A stretch of DNA of 64,000 nt from Syntrophorhabdaceae bacterium. GTDB taxonomy: Bacteria > Desulfobacterota > Syntrophorhabdia > Syntrophorhabdales > Syntrophorhabdaceae. The translations under genes and the position numbers were made by a program. Of the stretch, positions 1 to 10,095 are shown in pieces (the stretch's first letter is position 1; the number at the start of each line of letters is the position of its first letter). Below the pieces are notes generated by a model. That model was not told the origin of the DNA. It did no database searches and saw only the letters and a list, made by a program, of their open reading frames with translations. The stretch is from positions 64,001 to 128,000 of the forward strand of contig CAXXUO010000004.1 in the NCBI GenBank assembly GCA_963666485.2, read 5' to 3'.

Positions 1-2766
1 AACGGATGTTGTCAGAACGAGAAATGCAAGGTCGCCGTGTTTTATGTCCGCCAGATTGTAGCCCGCCACGATGAATACGCCCGTTGATACCACGATCGAT
101 AACGAAGAGGCCAGGGCTATGCCGGATATGCCCATGGCCCGCATGAATACAAAGTTCAGCAGTACGTTCACGACCAATCCGGACAACGAGGCGATGGCAA
201 TGACGGCATTTTTCCTGCGCGCGTTGGCATATTTCGTCAGGATCATCCCGACGCAAAAGAACGGCATCTGCAACAGGCCGTATTCCAGGATCTTCGTAAC
301 GGTGTTCGTATCACTGGCGGTGAATAGTCCGCCGTAAAAGATCAACCTGACTATGAGGGGCGATAATAACGTAACGAGCACCGTAAGAGGTATGGAGACC
401 GCCATCGTGATTATCACAAAGAACGACAATTCGTGCCTCACATCCGCCAGGCGGTCCCTGGCAAAATAATGAGAAAAATGGGGCAGCATGACCGTTGATA
501 TCCCGGTACCCACAAGTCCAGTAAAAAACATGATGAACTTCCACCCGAGATTGAACGCTGAAACACTGCCGGAAGCCAGGGATGCAGCCATCATGTTGTT
601 AACCGGCAATGCGAGGCCGACGAAAAGCGCCGCCAGCACCATAGGCATATACTCCGACGCGAGCGCCCTCAATGGGGCCGGCAAGGACACGGCCAAGGAA
701 CGGGATGAGCGCAGCCGGGGGAAAAATGAATACCCTTCTTTCTTCACGTAGTAACGTACGATCAGGAGATTGGCGACCTGCCCCGCGACCATGCCCGTAG
801 CCATTGCATATATGCCAATGAATTTCGCCGCGACGGCCAGTGCACATATTGCGACGATGGGAACGACGGCCTGGGCGAGAGCGGGGAGCCCAAACTTCTG
901 CCTGGCATTCAGTATCGAATTACCCAGGATCACGAACCCGCTGAAAAAAAGAATAGGCAGGATGACCAGCAGTATCCGGTGCGACAGGACGATCTTTTCC
1001 GGTGAGAATCCCCATCCTATCACAGGAAGGTACATCATACCCGTCAGATACAGGATCACGGTGAAGAACGACATGACACCCAGGATCGCCGTGGAGCACA
1101 GGCTGATGAAGCGCTGGGTCTCCGCTCTGCTCCCTTTCTCAAAAGAGCCGATCAGGTGAGGGATCACGACCGTACCGACAGGAATGCTGATAACGGACAC
1201 AAGGAACATGGGCACCGTCATCGCAATGAAGAACGCATCCAGTTCACTGCCGAGACCGAACCACCTGGCCAGCACAACGTCCCTGGCCACAAGCAATATG
1301 TTGGAAAAAAGCGTGAATGCTATAACCATAAACCCTGCGGTCACCACCGTGCTTTTTGTGCTGACCGGGCCCGTTTTCTCCCCCGCTGCGCCGGCGCTCC
1401 GGACGCCAGCCGCATTTTCGCACTTGAACAACGCTCTTCCCGGCATGAACTTTCCCAGGTTCCGCCGCGCAAATTCCACCCATCCCATAACGCCCAGCAA
1501 TACAAGGATGACCAGGTACACGTATCGAAACCTGTACAGTGTTCCAACGACCGGATTTGTAAAACCTAAGACCGTCAGAAAAACAAGGGCATTCAGGGCC
1601 GTCAATATAATTTCAAGCGACCTGCGGTACCAGAACGCCATGATCAGGCCCGGCACGCAGAGGTACCAGGCCATGGTTTCGCCGGCGGACACGAGGTTAA
1701 TGATCCCGGCGCGGGAAACCCATCTGTCCGGGAATGGAGCGAATAACGCTACGAGCGCTGCCCGGGGCAGATATGCCAGAGCAGACGATGCATCCTCGGG
1801 CATAACGTCGGGATCAATCACCGAGCCTGCACTGACAAGTTTGCTGTGATAAATATTCATCATTCTGACCAGGACTGTATTTTCAAGCAGTCCATCGATC
1901 GCGGCCGGAATGTTCCTGTTTTCCCGCCACGTCCAGTTAATCCCCTGTTCCCTGAACACCCGAATTACTTCATCCTTATTTTCAACAATAAAAAGTCTGG
2001 GCATCAGTGAATTTACAGCAACAAAAAAAATGATCAGGACCGTAAAGACCCCGGCGCCGCAAAGGGCTAATCTTACCCGCTTTTTCGCGGCAAAATATAC
2101 CAGGGCCGCGCAAAATAAAACGATTGCGGACATCATCAGCAGTTTTATGTTGTACGGCCTCACAAAGGCAACCAGGGCTGCACCCGTGCATGTCCCTAAA
2201 AAGATCCATGCTGCGCCGCGAAGCTTCGACGGGACATGGAATCCCTTAAGCCACGAGTAAAAAATGATCAGCATTCCCAGGATCGCGAAACCGTCCTTGT
2301 GGACCTGGGCATACCAGTTGAGTGCCGAGGGGAAGACAATGAACAGCGATGCCGCGACCATTCCGGAATACGTCCCGACCTTCCCCGGCCACAGTTCCCG
2401 GGAAAGGAGAAAAATGAGCAGGCCGGATGTGGCATGGACCGCTGCGTTGAGCGGCACCATCACGATAGGATCGTTCCCGAAAATAGCGTAAAGAGCCGCG
2501 AGCAGAGAAACATTCCCGGTCGCTCCTTCAGCCGGGCGCAGCGTCCATGCCGCCCAGCCATTCACCCGGATGGTGTCGGCGAGCCTGACCGCTACCTGGT
2601 GGAAAAAGACAGAATCGGTACCGCTGAGCAGGCCCATCCCGCCATGATAACGCGGAAAAAGGGGGAGGACCACCTTCTGGAACATAATGGCGGCAAATGT
2701 TGAATAACAGTAGAAAAGTATCCAGAGTATCGACTTCAATGAATAGGTATTCTTTTCCTGTTCCAC
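1..2766 (-). CDS. Fusion: N-terminal GT-C/polymerase-like multi-TM domain + C-terminal MurJ/MOP-family flippase (3' end beyond window)
   Basis: Manual translation from GTG at 2766 is open to position 1 (at least 922 codons). It is absent from the ORF track because there is no stop in the window. N-half: DSVFFH, WYAQVHKDG, VRPY, APFP, GTLYRFRY. C-half from ~1350: ARDVVLARWFGLGSELDAFFIA and ASLASGSVSAFNLG (MurJ-like). Confidence 0.85.
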   Translation of the reverse strand, partial: MEQEKNTYSLKSILWILFYCYSTFAAIMFQKVVLPLFPRYHGGMGLLSGTDSVFFHQVAVRLADTIRVNGWAAWTLRPAEGATGNVSLLAALYAIFGNDPIVMVPLNAAVHATSGLLIFLLSRELWPGKVGTYSGMVAASLFIVFPSALNWYAQVHKDGFAILGMLIIFYSWLKGFHVPSKLRGAAWIFLGTCTGAALVAFVRPYNIKLLMMSAIVLFCAALVYFAAKKRVRLALCGAGVFTVLIIFFVAVNSLMPRLFIVENKDEVIRVFREQGINWTWRENRNIPAAIDGLLENTVLVRMMNIYHSKLVSAGSVIDPDVMPEDASSALAYLPRAALVALFAPFPDRWVSRAGIINLVSAGETMAWYLCVPGLIMAFWYRRSLEIILTALNALVFLTVLGFTNPVVGTLYRFRYVYLVILVLLGVMGWVEFARRNLGKFMPGRALFKCENAAGVRSAGAAGEKTGPVSTKSTVVTAGFMVIAFTLFSNILLVARDVVLARWFGLGSELDAFFIAMTVPMFLVSVISIPVGTVVIPHLIGSFEKGSRAETQRFISLCSTAILGVMSFFTVILYLTGMMYLPVIGWGFSPEKIVLSHRILLVILPILFFSGFVILGNSILNARQKFGLPALAQAVVPIVAICALAVAAKFIGIYAMATGMVAGQVANLLIVRYYVKKEGYSFFPRLRSSRSLAVSLPAPLRALASEYMPMVLAALFVGLALPVNNMMAASLASGSVSAFNLGWKFIMFFTGLVGTGISTVMLPHFSHYFARDRLADVRHELSFFVIITMAVSIPLTVLVTLLSPLIVRLIFYGGLFTASDTNTVTKILEYGLLQMPFFCVGMILTKYANARRKNAVIAIASLSGLVVNVLLNFVFMRAMGISGIALASSLSIVVSTGVFIVAGYNLADIKHGDLAFLVLTTSV

Positions 2767-2768
2767 GG

Positions 2769-3902
2769 TTATATCAGGCCCCCGTAGAAATCGGCCATCG
2801 CCCTGGTCACTTTTTCCTTGGAATAATGGTCGACCACAGCCTGCCGCGCCTTTTTACCCATCGCCCGGGCCAGAACGGGGTCATCAAGGAATTTGACCAT
2901 TTTTTGCCTGAGATCATGCCAGGCACCTGGCTCGAACAGAAAACCCGTTGCGCCGTCCTCTATCGTATCCGTTATCCCGTATATGTTTGACCCTATCGAC
3001 GGGATGCCGACAGAAGCCGCCTCGGCGATGACCTGCCCGAACCCTTCGCGATAACTCGGAAGACACAGCACGTCCGCCGCGGCCATATACTCTTCGGGTT
3101 TTTCGACAAAACCTTTGAAGTGGACATGGTCCCCGCATCGGGAACAGATCTCCCGGACCTTCCGGCCCAGGCTTCCCTCGTCTGGACCCGCAATAACGAG
3201 ATGCGCCCGGGGGAAGCGTTCACAGAGGCCGGAAAAAGCCTGTGCCAGGTCCAGCACCCCCTTGTCCCTGGTTACCCTGCCCAGGAACAAAAAGACCATT
3301 CCGTCCGATGGTATGCTGAGAACCTTTCGTATTTCTTCCCTTTTTTCCTCATTATAGGCAAATTTTTCAAGGTCGACCCCGCATATGGACCCATCTGCGA
3401 TAACTGATGACCCGGAGCGCGACACAACACCCTGGCTTATGAGGTATTCTCTCTGGGACGGGCTGTCCACAAGGATATGCGTGGCGCACATAGCCATTAG
3501 CTTATCAATAAGCTTCAGGACAAATCTCTTCACCCCGAACAGGTTTTTCCAGAATTGACCGGTGAAGGTATGTATCCTGACCGGCACCCTCGCCAAAAGA
3601 CCTGCGGTCATAGCCAGCAGGCCCGACTTCGGCATGACGGAATGAACAGCATCGAATCTTTCTTCCCGGAATATACGGTACAGGGCGATCAGGCACTTCA
3701 AGTCGTGAAACGGGGTTATAGTGCGCGATATCCCGAGAGGGATCACGCGGGCCCGAATGCTATACGGTTCAAGAAAATGAATATCACCGGTATTGACTAT
3801 CAGGGTCAGATCGAACATGTCCTGCAGATAACGCATATGTTCCGTGAGGAACACTCTCACGGACAACTCCAATGTAACGACAAAACAGATCTTCTTTTTC
3901 AT
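2769..3902 (-). CDS. GT4 family glycosyltransferase
   Basis: FLGRVTRDKG and LPSYREGFGQVIAEA motifs; 377 aa. Confidence 0.9.
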   Translation of the reverse strand: MKKKICFVVTLELSVRVFLTEHMRYLQDMFDLTLIVNTGDIHFLEPYSIRARVIPLGISRTITPFHDLKCLIALYRIFREERFDAVHSVMPKSGLLAMTAGLLARVPVRIHTFTGQFWKNLFGVKRFVLKLIDKLMAMCATHILVDSPSQREYLISQGVVSRSGSSVIADGSICGVDLEKFAYNEEKREEIRKVLSIPSDGMVFLFLGRVTRDKGVLDLAQAFSGLCERFPRAHLVIAGPDEGSLGRKVREICSRCGDHVHFKGFVEKPEEYMAAADVLCLPSYREGFGQVIAEAASVGIPSIGSNIYGITDTIEDGATGFLFEPGAWHDLRQKMVKFLDDPVLARAMGKKARQAVVDHYSKEKVTRAMADFYGGLI

Positions 3903-3931
3903 TAATGAATACTACTCACGAAATGCATGTT

Positions 3932-5212
3932 TCATTTATTGACTATTTTGCGTATGGCGCCCCTGAACGGGGAAAGCATCATTATGCAGAATTGTTCCCA
4001 TTTTTCGACAATATTCATGAGCTTTAAGACGGCCCAGGACCTGATCTGCTGTCCCCATGTTGACCGTCGATACCCATCGGCCGGGATGCAGGACCCGATA
4101 ACGAGATCGACAAAACTCCGGTACGTGTACTTACCCGAGGCCACGACGTCCTCATACGCCCTCTCGACGATCGATGACCGCTTCCGGTCATCGACGACGT
4201 CTTTCAATACATCATGGATATTCGAAAAATCCTTCTTCAATTCAATATAATGGAGTCCCGGCTTCAATATCCCGTTATACTGGCCTTCCACGAGTATCTG
4301 GCACGTCCTCGTGGCACAGCATTCGAGGTGCCTCGGGCCGAGTGCGAAAAGAAGCGTGGTACCATCTATTCCCGGAAAACATGCTGCGGCGACCTCTTCC
4401 ATGGTAGCATCCGGATGAAGTGCAACATACCGTTCCGTGCGGTCACGAATTGACCCGTCAGGGTCGACCATGCTGGTGCCACTTTCTACGCCGATCGTAT
4501 ACTTGCACCGGGAAAGAAATTCATACCACTCATCCCCCAGGATAGCATCCTCCTGCGACGTGGAGATATTCGTGACCAGGCCGTAGGCAGGAGCTTCCCT
4601 CCTGAAGACCTCTGCTATTTCCTGTTTTAAGAAGCCGTGCGATCCCAGCCAATAAGCCGGCTTGCCCGTTGTGCGATACCCGATATCTATGGGACGGCTG
4701 GCAACCGATCCTGCCCGTGCGATTAGCATCGATAGTTTCTTTTCGTCCAGGTATCCCGTCAAGACGTTAAAAAACCGGACGCGTTCAAAATCGACGGTCC
4801 GGTATATGTTGTGCCACGTCGTCGGCGGCGCCACGCTGAAAACACAATCGATATTAAAGTCATTGATGAATTCGCTCAGCAGGTCCGAATTGATAAATTC
4901 ATCCTGAACAAGCATGGCTTTTACGGCCCGCGACCCCTTCAAAGGCTCCGCACGTTTCAGCAGTTTTGAAAAATGTTCCCTACCCCTCCAGTGATTTGTC
5001 AGAAAGAACGTATGGAATATAACGATATCAAAATCGATGCTTAATACATACCGGGGGACCTTTTTTGCGACCAGATTCAGGTAATATACGTCATCACTCG
5101 AATATCGTCTGAAGGCATATAAGTGGTCACGACTGGTGGCGCGCATCGGATAGTCGGCATATGCGCTGACCAGGAGGACCTTTCGCGTTGAATGCCCGGT
5201 ACGAAAGTCCAT
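3932..5212 (-). CDS. Uncharacterised glycosyltransferase-like protein (paralog of 11024..12328)
   Basis: 426 aa; shares QDE, DIGYR, PRH.EC..TRTCQ.L.EG.Y.G...PG.HYIE.KKD with the 434-aa ORF. Confidence 0.6.
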   Translation of the reverse strand: MDFRTGHSTRKVLLVSAYADYPMRATSRDHLYAFRRYSSDDVYYLNLVAKKVPRYVLSIDFDIVIFHTFFLTNHWRGREHFSKLLKRAEPLKGSRAVKAMLVQDEFINSDLLSEFINDFNIDCVFSVAPPTTWHNIYRTVDFERVRFFNVLTGYLDEKKLSMLIARAGSVASRPIDIGYRTTGKPAYWLGSHGFLKQEIAEVFRREAPAYGLVTNISTSQEDAILGDEWYEFLSRCKYTIGVESGTSMVDPDGSIRDRTERYVALHPDATMEEVAAACFPGIDGTTLLFALGPRHLECCATRTCQILVEGQYNGILKPGLHYIELKKDFSNIHDVLKDVVDDRKRSSIVERAYEDVVASGKYTYRSFVDLVIGSCIPADGYRRSTWGQQIRSWAVLKLMNIVEKWEQFCIMMLSPFRGAIRKIVNK

Positions 5213-5214
5213 AT

Positions 5215-6273
5215 TTACAGATCGTTATTCATGTGAACCGCGTGTTTTCGCATGCACGATTCAACGAGGGAGAGATTGCGTTTTGACCACTCGACCGTCC
5301 TGGCAAGCCCCTCAGCCAGGCCAACCTGTGCCGTAAACCCAAGCTGTTCCCGAGACTTTACGGTGCTCCCGAACCGTCTGCCCGAATGGTCCCAGTCGCG
5401 CACAGGCTTTATCTCGATGGGCGTTGCGTTGCCGGTCAGTTCGTTTATTTTTTCGGCAAGCTCCCTGATCGTTGTCTCCACGCCGCTCGCGAGATTGTAG
5501 ACGTCACCCGGCACTCCCCGTGCTGCGCACGCTATGAGTCCCCTGCAAATATCATCGACATAGATGAAATCACGAGATGCAACCCCGCCGCCCTCCACCG
5601 GCAGGGCCTCGCCGCGCAACGATTTATAGATGAAGGTGGGCGTCACGTTGCGCCAGACCGTGGCGGGAGTACCCCGCCATTTACCGGCGCCAAGTATTTC
5701 ACGCGGGCCGTAAACATTCTGGAACCGGGCCCGGACAACGGGCAATCCATGCCGGTCATGATAATAGACGGAATAGAATTCACCGATGATCTTTGATATT
5801 GAATACGGGCTGTCCATCTTCAACGAGATCGGCGCGTCTTCCATCGTCGCATGGGCCTGATCGAAAGTCTTTTCGGCAACGGCACACCCCGCCCCGGAAT
5901 AGACAACTCTCTTCAATCTCTTGAAATGTTTGAGGTGCTCAAACAATTTCAAGGTCGTCAGGGTATTGTTCTCGTGGTCAGCCAGCGGGTCGTGTATCGA
6001 ACTCTGATTCCCGTGATATGTCGCCAGATGGAAGACAAGATCTATATCGTCTTTGAGCGTACCCAGTATTTCGTTGTCCGTAATGGACCCTTCCCGGAAT
6101 TGAACACGGCCGTCGTCCGGAATGTTGGAACGTTCAGCAGACAACAGGTTGTCGATGATAACGAGCTCCAGTTGCCCCGAGGCATCCAGTATCATCCTGG
6201 CGAGGTTGCTCCCCACAAAACCTGCTCCTCCGACAATGACGATCTTCGAATTGTTGAATAGTGTATTGTCCAT
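5215..6273 (-). CDS. wbmF: SDR nucleotide-sugar epimerase, Bordetella WbmF-like
   Basis: GGAGFVG; HLATYHGNQSSIHDPLADHENNTLTTLKL and RGTPATVWRNVTPTFIYK match my recollection of WbmF. Confidence 0.88.
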   Translation of the reverse strand: MDNTLFNNSKIVIVGGAGFVGSNLARMILDASGQLELVIIDNLLSAERSNIPDDGRVQFREGSITDNEILGTLKDDIDLVFHLATYHGNQSSIHDPLADHENNTLTTLKLFEHLKHFKRLKRVVYSGAGCAVAEKTFDQAHATMEDAPISLKMDSPYSISKIIGEFYSVYYHDRHGLPVVRARFQNVYGPREILGAGKWRGTPATVWRNVTPTFIYKSLRGEALPVEGGGVASRDFIYVDDICRGLIACAARGVPGDVYNLASGVETTIRELAEKINELTGNATPIEIKPVRDWDHSGRRFGSTVKSREQLGFTAQVGLAEGLARTVEWSKRNLSLVESCMRKHAVHMNNDL

Positions 6274-6285
6274 TTCCTGTTTAAC

Positions 6286-7212
6286 CTATTTTGGCGCCGC
6301 GAGATGGCTGAATATATCCGTTACCCCGTATCTGTCGTACCATTCCAACTGACGCCGGATGGTTTCCTCGAAACCCACATGTGCCTGCCAACCGAAGACG
6401 CTGCGCGTCTCTGCAGGGTCGAGGACGACCCGGGGCACGTCATCCTCCCCGGGCGGAACCACGGGGACATCCGGAGGCTCGATCCCCAGGTAGCGGGAAA
6501 CGGCGTCGAACACATCTTTGATCGTGTGACCTTCCCCGGTCGATACGTTGAACACCCCGGTCGGCCCCCTGTCTTCGAGGGCCATATCCATGATCGAGAA
6601 AAAATCGTCCATATCGAGAAAGTCCCGGACCGTGTCGCTGCAAAAGCACGATTGTCCCGCCTTAAGGCGTTTATAAAAGGTCGGTATCGGACCGATCGCA
6701 AGCCGGGGGCCACAGATGTTGGCAAGGCGCAGCGAGACCACCGGGAGGGAAGAATGCAGCAGATAGCTTTCCCCGGCGGTCTTTGAAATACCGTAGCTTG
6801 TAAAAGGCGCCAGGGGATGCGAGACGGGAATGGGCACGGCGGTTGGCCTCCCGTAACACAGCGCGGTCTGAAAATATATGATTCGCCGGACGCCGGATGC
6901 CCGCGACGCCCGTGCGACATTGATCGTCCCGATCACATTTGTCGATGCGTCTTCCATCCAGTCGTCGGGGTCTTTATAGGCGGCAGCGCTGTGAATAACA
7001 TGGGTGGGCTGAAAATCTTCGAAGCAGTTACGAACGAGGGCCCCGTCCGCTATACTTCCCTCGACCACGGTCAATCCCCGGACAGGCGGAAGGACCTCCC
7101 TTTTACCCGTCGCGAAATTGTCGATCACAAAGATCTCATGTCCCCGGGGCAGATAATGCTCGACCAGGTTTGAACCCAGGCACCCTGCTCCACCGGTCAA
7201 AAGGATTCTCAT
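6286..7212 (-). CDS. wbmG: SDR nucleotide-sugar oxidoreductase, WbmG-like
   Basis: GGAGCLGSNL, HSAAAYKDPDDW, GPRLAIGPIPTFYKRLKAG, C-terminal YGVTDIFSHL. Confidence 0.88.
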   Translation of the reverse strand: MRILLTGGAGCLGSNLVEHYLPRGHEIFVIDNFATGKREVLPPVRGLTVVEGSIADGALVRNCFEDFQPTHVIHSAAAYKDPDDWMEDASTNVIGTINVARASRASGVRRIIYFQTALCYGRPTAVPIPVSHPLAPFTSYGISKTAGESYLLHSSLPVVSLRLANICGPRLAIGPIPTFYKRLKAGQSCFCSDTVRDFLDMDDFFSIMDMALEDRGPTGVFNVSTGEGHTIKDVFDAVSRYLGIEPPDVPVVPPGEDDVPRVVLDPAETRSVFGWQAHVGFEETIRRQLEWYDRYGVTDIFSHLAAPK

Positions 7213-7221
7213 AGCTCTTTC

Positions 7222-8163
7222 CTATTTCTTGTTATCATCAATGCGCAGGTGGGTGTAGCCGCCCTGAACGCCGAATTTCTTGTAATACTCAACCGCTGCC
7301 TGCGCTATGCCCGGCAATCCTGTAAATGTTATTTCGCCGAAATCTTCAAACGTCCGCGAAGGGTCGAGAAGGATTGACGGAGCGTCGTCGGGCCCGAGGT
7401 CGCGCACCTCCGGATCGGGGTACTCTGCAAGATTCATCGCTGACACAACGGAATCGTACAATTCCCTGATCGACACGTCCGTGCCCGACGAGAAATGGTA
7501 TGTTCCCTTGCCGATGCCGTCACACGCCCGTACAACGTGCACGGCGAGGTCTTTGACAAAAACGAAATCGCGCCTGGATTTTGTAACAAAGCACCGCTTG
7601 CCTTCGGACAGCCTCTGGTAGAATATGGGCAGAGGGCCGCTCACATTGCGGGGCCCGATAATATTGGCAAGCCGGAATGTGACAAAATCGACGCCGGAGA
7701 TCTCGATGAGGTCTTCAGCGGCCGTCTTCGTTATGGCATAACTCGAGTTTGCGGGAAACTTCGGATGATCGAGCCGTATGGGCTGCTGGAGCGGCTTGAC
7801 CCCGTAACATAACGATGTCTGGAAGTAGATGATCCGGCGAACGCCGAATGTTTTTACCGACTGCAAAAGGTTCGCGGCCCCCACGACATTCGTCAGGGAA
7901 TCATTGTACCAGTCATCCGGGTCCTTGTACGATGCCGCGGTATGAACGATGACCTCAGGCCTGAAGCCCTTCACAAGACTGTCGACCACACCTTTGTCTG
8001 CGATCGTGTCGATCACCACTTCGAGGTTCTTGTGGCCGGTCAGGTGTTCCCGCCTTCCGGTCGCCAGGTTGTCGATCACCAGGACCTTGTCTCCCCGTGC
8101 AAGGAGAAGCTCCACCACATGGGAGCCTACCTGCCCGCATCCTCCTGTCACAAAAACATTCAT
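7222..8163 (-). CDS. wbmH: SDR nucleotide-sugar oxidoreductase, WbmH-like
   Basis: HTAASYKDPDDWYND, GPRNVSGPLPIFYQRLSEGK, GPDDAPSILLDPSRT. Confidence 0.88.
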   Translation of the reverse strand: MNVFVTGGCGQVGSHVVELLLARGDKVLVIDNLATGRREHLTGHKNLEVVIDTIADKGVVDSLVKGFRPEVIVHTAASYKDPDDWYNDSLTNVVGAANLLQSVKTFGVRRIIYFQTSLCYGVKPLQQPIRLDHPKFPANSSYAITKTAAEDLIEISGVDFVTFRLANIIGPRNVSGPLPIFYQRLSEGKRCFVTKSRRDFVFVKDLAVHVVRACDGIGKGTYHFSSGTDVSIRELYDSVVSAMNLAEYPDPEVRDLGPDDAPSILLDPSRTFEDFGEITFTGLPGIAQAAVEYYKKFGVQGGYTHLRIDDNKK

Positions 8164-10085
8164 GCTGTCATATCTCCTTTTATAAGATCTCTATAATGAA
8201 CCTGCCTGTCATGGAATTCCTGGTGCCACAGTTCCAGGGAAAGCAATCCCCAGAGCTTCCGTCCGAAGCTTCCCTCGTTTGTCAGGTTCTTCATTATCTC
8301 ATCGTGGTTAAAGTATGGGCGGTCTTTCGCCCGGGGTGTGTCAAATATGGCGACAATAAAATCCTTAAGCTCTGTCCTGGCCCACTCCGTCAGCGGGACG
8401 GGAAACCCCATCTTGTCCTTCCTGTCCGCTATCATATCGGGGATCTCCTGCCTCAAGGCCCTGACGAGCGCCATCTTGAGCATCCCGTCCTTGAACTTCA
8501 CATCAGCCGGCATCGTTGCCGCAAACTCGACAAGATTGTGGTCGAGGAACGGGACCCGCGACTCGAGCCCGTGTGCCATGCTCATGCGGTCCTCCACCTG
8601 CAAAAGGGCGGGCAGAAGGGACTTGAAATCGAAATGTGTCATACGGTCGAAATACGACTCTTTGCTGATATTTTGCTGATTGAAGACCTGGCTGAACGTT
8701 TCGAATGGTGAATAATCGCCGAGCACGTCCCACCGGACCTCCTTATCAAGGGTCGGCGCGCGATTGATAAGCCGGAAATAACGCCGGTCCATCTCTTCGA
8801 AAAGCCCTTCCCGCCAGAACTCCTGCAGCATCGGCTTATAATTCTTCAGGGCCACCAGGTTCGGGATGATAGACTCATAGGTTACGACGAAATTCCCGTT
8901 ATGCGTCGTCCCGTCGATCGCCGCCTTTATGCACTGTTCGAAATAGGCGACGAGGTAGCGCGTGTAGCCGCCGAATATTTCATCGCCGCCCTGTCCGCCG
9001 AGCACGACCTTGCGATGCTGCGCCGCGAGTCCCGACACGATATACTGCGGAAACGACCCGGGGCCCGCTGCCGGGTAATCGAGATGATATATGACCTTCT
9101 TGATGGAATCCATAAAATCCGCGCTCGTGATGGACGCCTCGTAGAGGGTCATCCCCCGCATGTCCGCCACCGCCCGGGCATATGCGCTCTCGTCATACAA
9201 TTCGCCCAGGTCGAATTTCCCCGTGAATGCCTTAAAATCGGCGTCGGCGTTATAGCGCGCGGCCATCGATGCCACGATGCTTGAATCGGTCCCGCCGCTC
9301 ACATACGCGCCGACCGGGACATCGCTCCGTATATGGACCCTCACGGCATCATCGAGGAGCGCTCTCAGCCTGTCCTCGAAATACCTCTGGGTATGATCGA
9401 AATCCAGGTCATAGTAAACCTCCCAGTAGCGGTGTATCTTCAGTGAACCGTTGTCCAGGGAAAGGTAATATGCCGGTTTTAACTCATTCACTCCCTTGAA
9501 GAGGGTCTTTCCGTCCAGGCAGAACTGGAAAGCAAAATAATCCTTCAACGCGTCAAGATCGGTTTCGACGGAAGGCATGAAGGGAAGCAGGGCCTTCACT
9601 TCCGATGCGAAATAGAAGGTGTCGTTCATGACGGCATAATAGAACGGCTTGATCCCGAACCTGTCCCGGGCGCAGAATAACCGGCGGCGGCGGTCATCCC
9701 AGATCGCAAAACTGAACATGCCTCTTAGATGGTTGACGCAATCGTCACCCCATTTCTCGTATGCCGCAAGGATGACCTCGGTATCGGACGTGGTCTTGAA
9801 GCTGTAGCCGGCCTTCAGCTCGCCGCGCAGCTCAATGTAATTGTAAATCTCGCCATTATAGCTGATCACGTTGCCCGCTTCATTTGCCATCGGCTGCGCG
9901 CCGGTCTTCAAGTCGATGATGCTCAGGCGGCGGTGTCCGAAGCCGGCGTGCATACCCGGATGGACCCAGGTACCCTCTCCGTCAGGCCCGCGGTGTGCCT
10001 GCAGCGTATTCATGACGTCAAGGTGCGGCCCCATATTCCTTATGGGGTTGCCCTTCATTGAAACGATCCCTGAGATCCCGCACAT
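8160..10085 (-). CDS. asnB: Asparagine synthase-like glutamine amidotransferase (wbmI position)
   Basis: N-terminal MCGI, HRGPD, RDRFGIKP, SGGTDSS, GGQGGDEIFGGY; ATGA overlap with wbmH. Confidence 0.92.
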   Translation of the reverse strand: MCGISGIVSMKGNPIRNMGPHLDVMNTLQAHRGPDGEGTWVHPGMHAGFGHRRLSIIDLKTGAQPMANEAGNVISYNGEIYNYIELRGELKAGYSFKTTSDTEVILAAYEKWGDDCVNHLRGMFSFAIWDDRRRRLFCARDRFGIKPFYYAVMNDTFYFASEVKALLPFMPSVETDLDALKDYFAFQFCLDGKTLFKGVNELKPAYYLSLDNGSLKIHRYWEVYYDLDFDHTQRYFEDRLRALLDDAVRVHIRSDVPVGAYVSGGTDSSIVASMAARYNADADFKAFTGKFDLGELYDESAYARAVADMRGMTLYEASITSADFMDSIKKVIYHLDYPAAGPGSFPQYIVSGLAAQHRKVVLGGQGGDEIFGGYTRYLVAYFEQCIKAAIDGTTHNGNFVVTYESIIPNLVALKNYKPMLQEFWREGLFEEMDRRYFRLINRAPTLDKEVRWDVLGDYSPFETFSQVFNQQNISKESYFDRMTHFDFKSLLPALLQVEDRMSMAHGLESRVPFLDHNLVEFAATMPADVKFKDGMLKMALVRALRQEIPDMIADRKDKMGFPVPLTEWARTELKDFIVAIFDTPRAKDRPYFNHDEIMKNLTNEGSFGRKLWGLLSLELWHQEFHDRQVHYRDLIKGDMTA

Positions 10086-10095
10086 GTATCCCTCT

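Noticed and set aside
71..2703. Plus-strand ORFs at the window start (e.g. 1184..1849)
   Set aside because: They are antisense shadows of the minus-strand membrane-protein fusion.
8160..10085. AsnB-like genes as asparagine biosynthesis or lasso-peptide cyclases
   Set aside because: They keep the N-terminal glutaminase domain, sit among GTs, and have no lasso precursor or B protein nearby.
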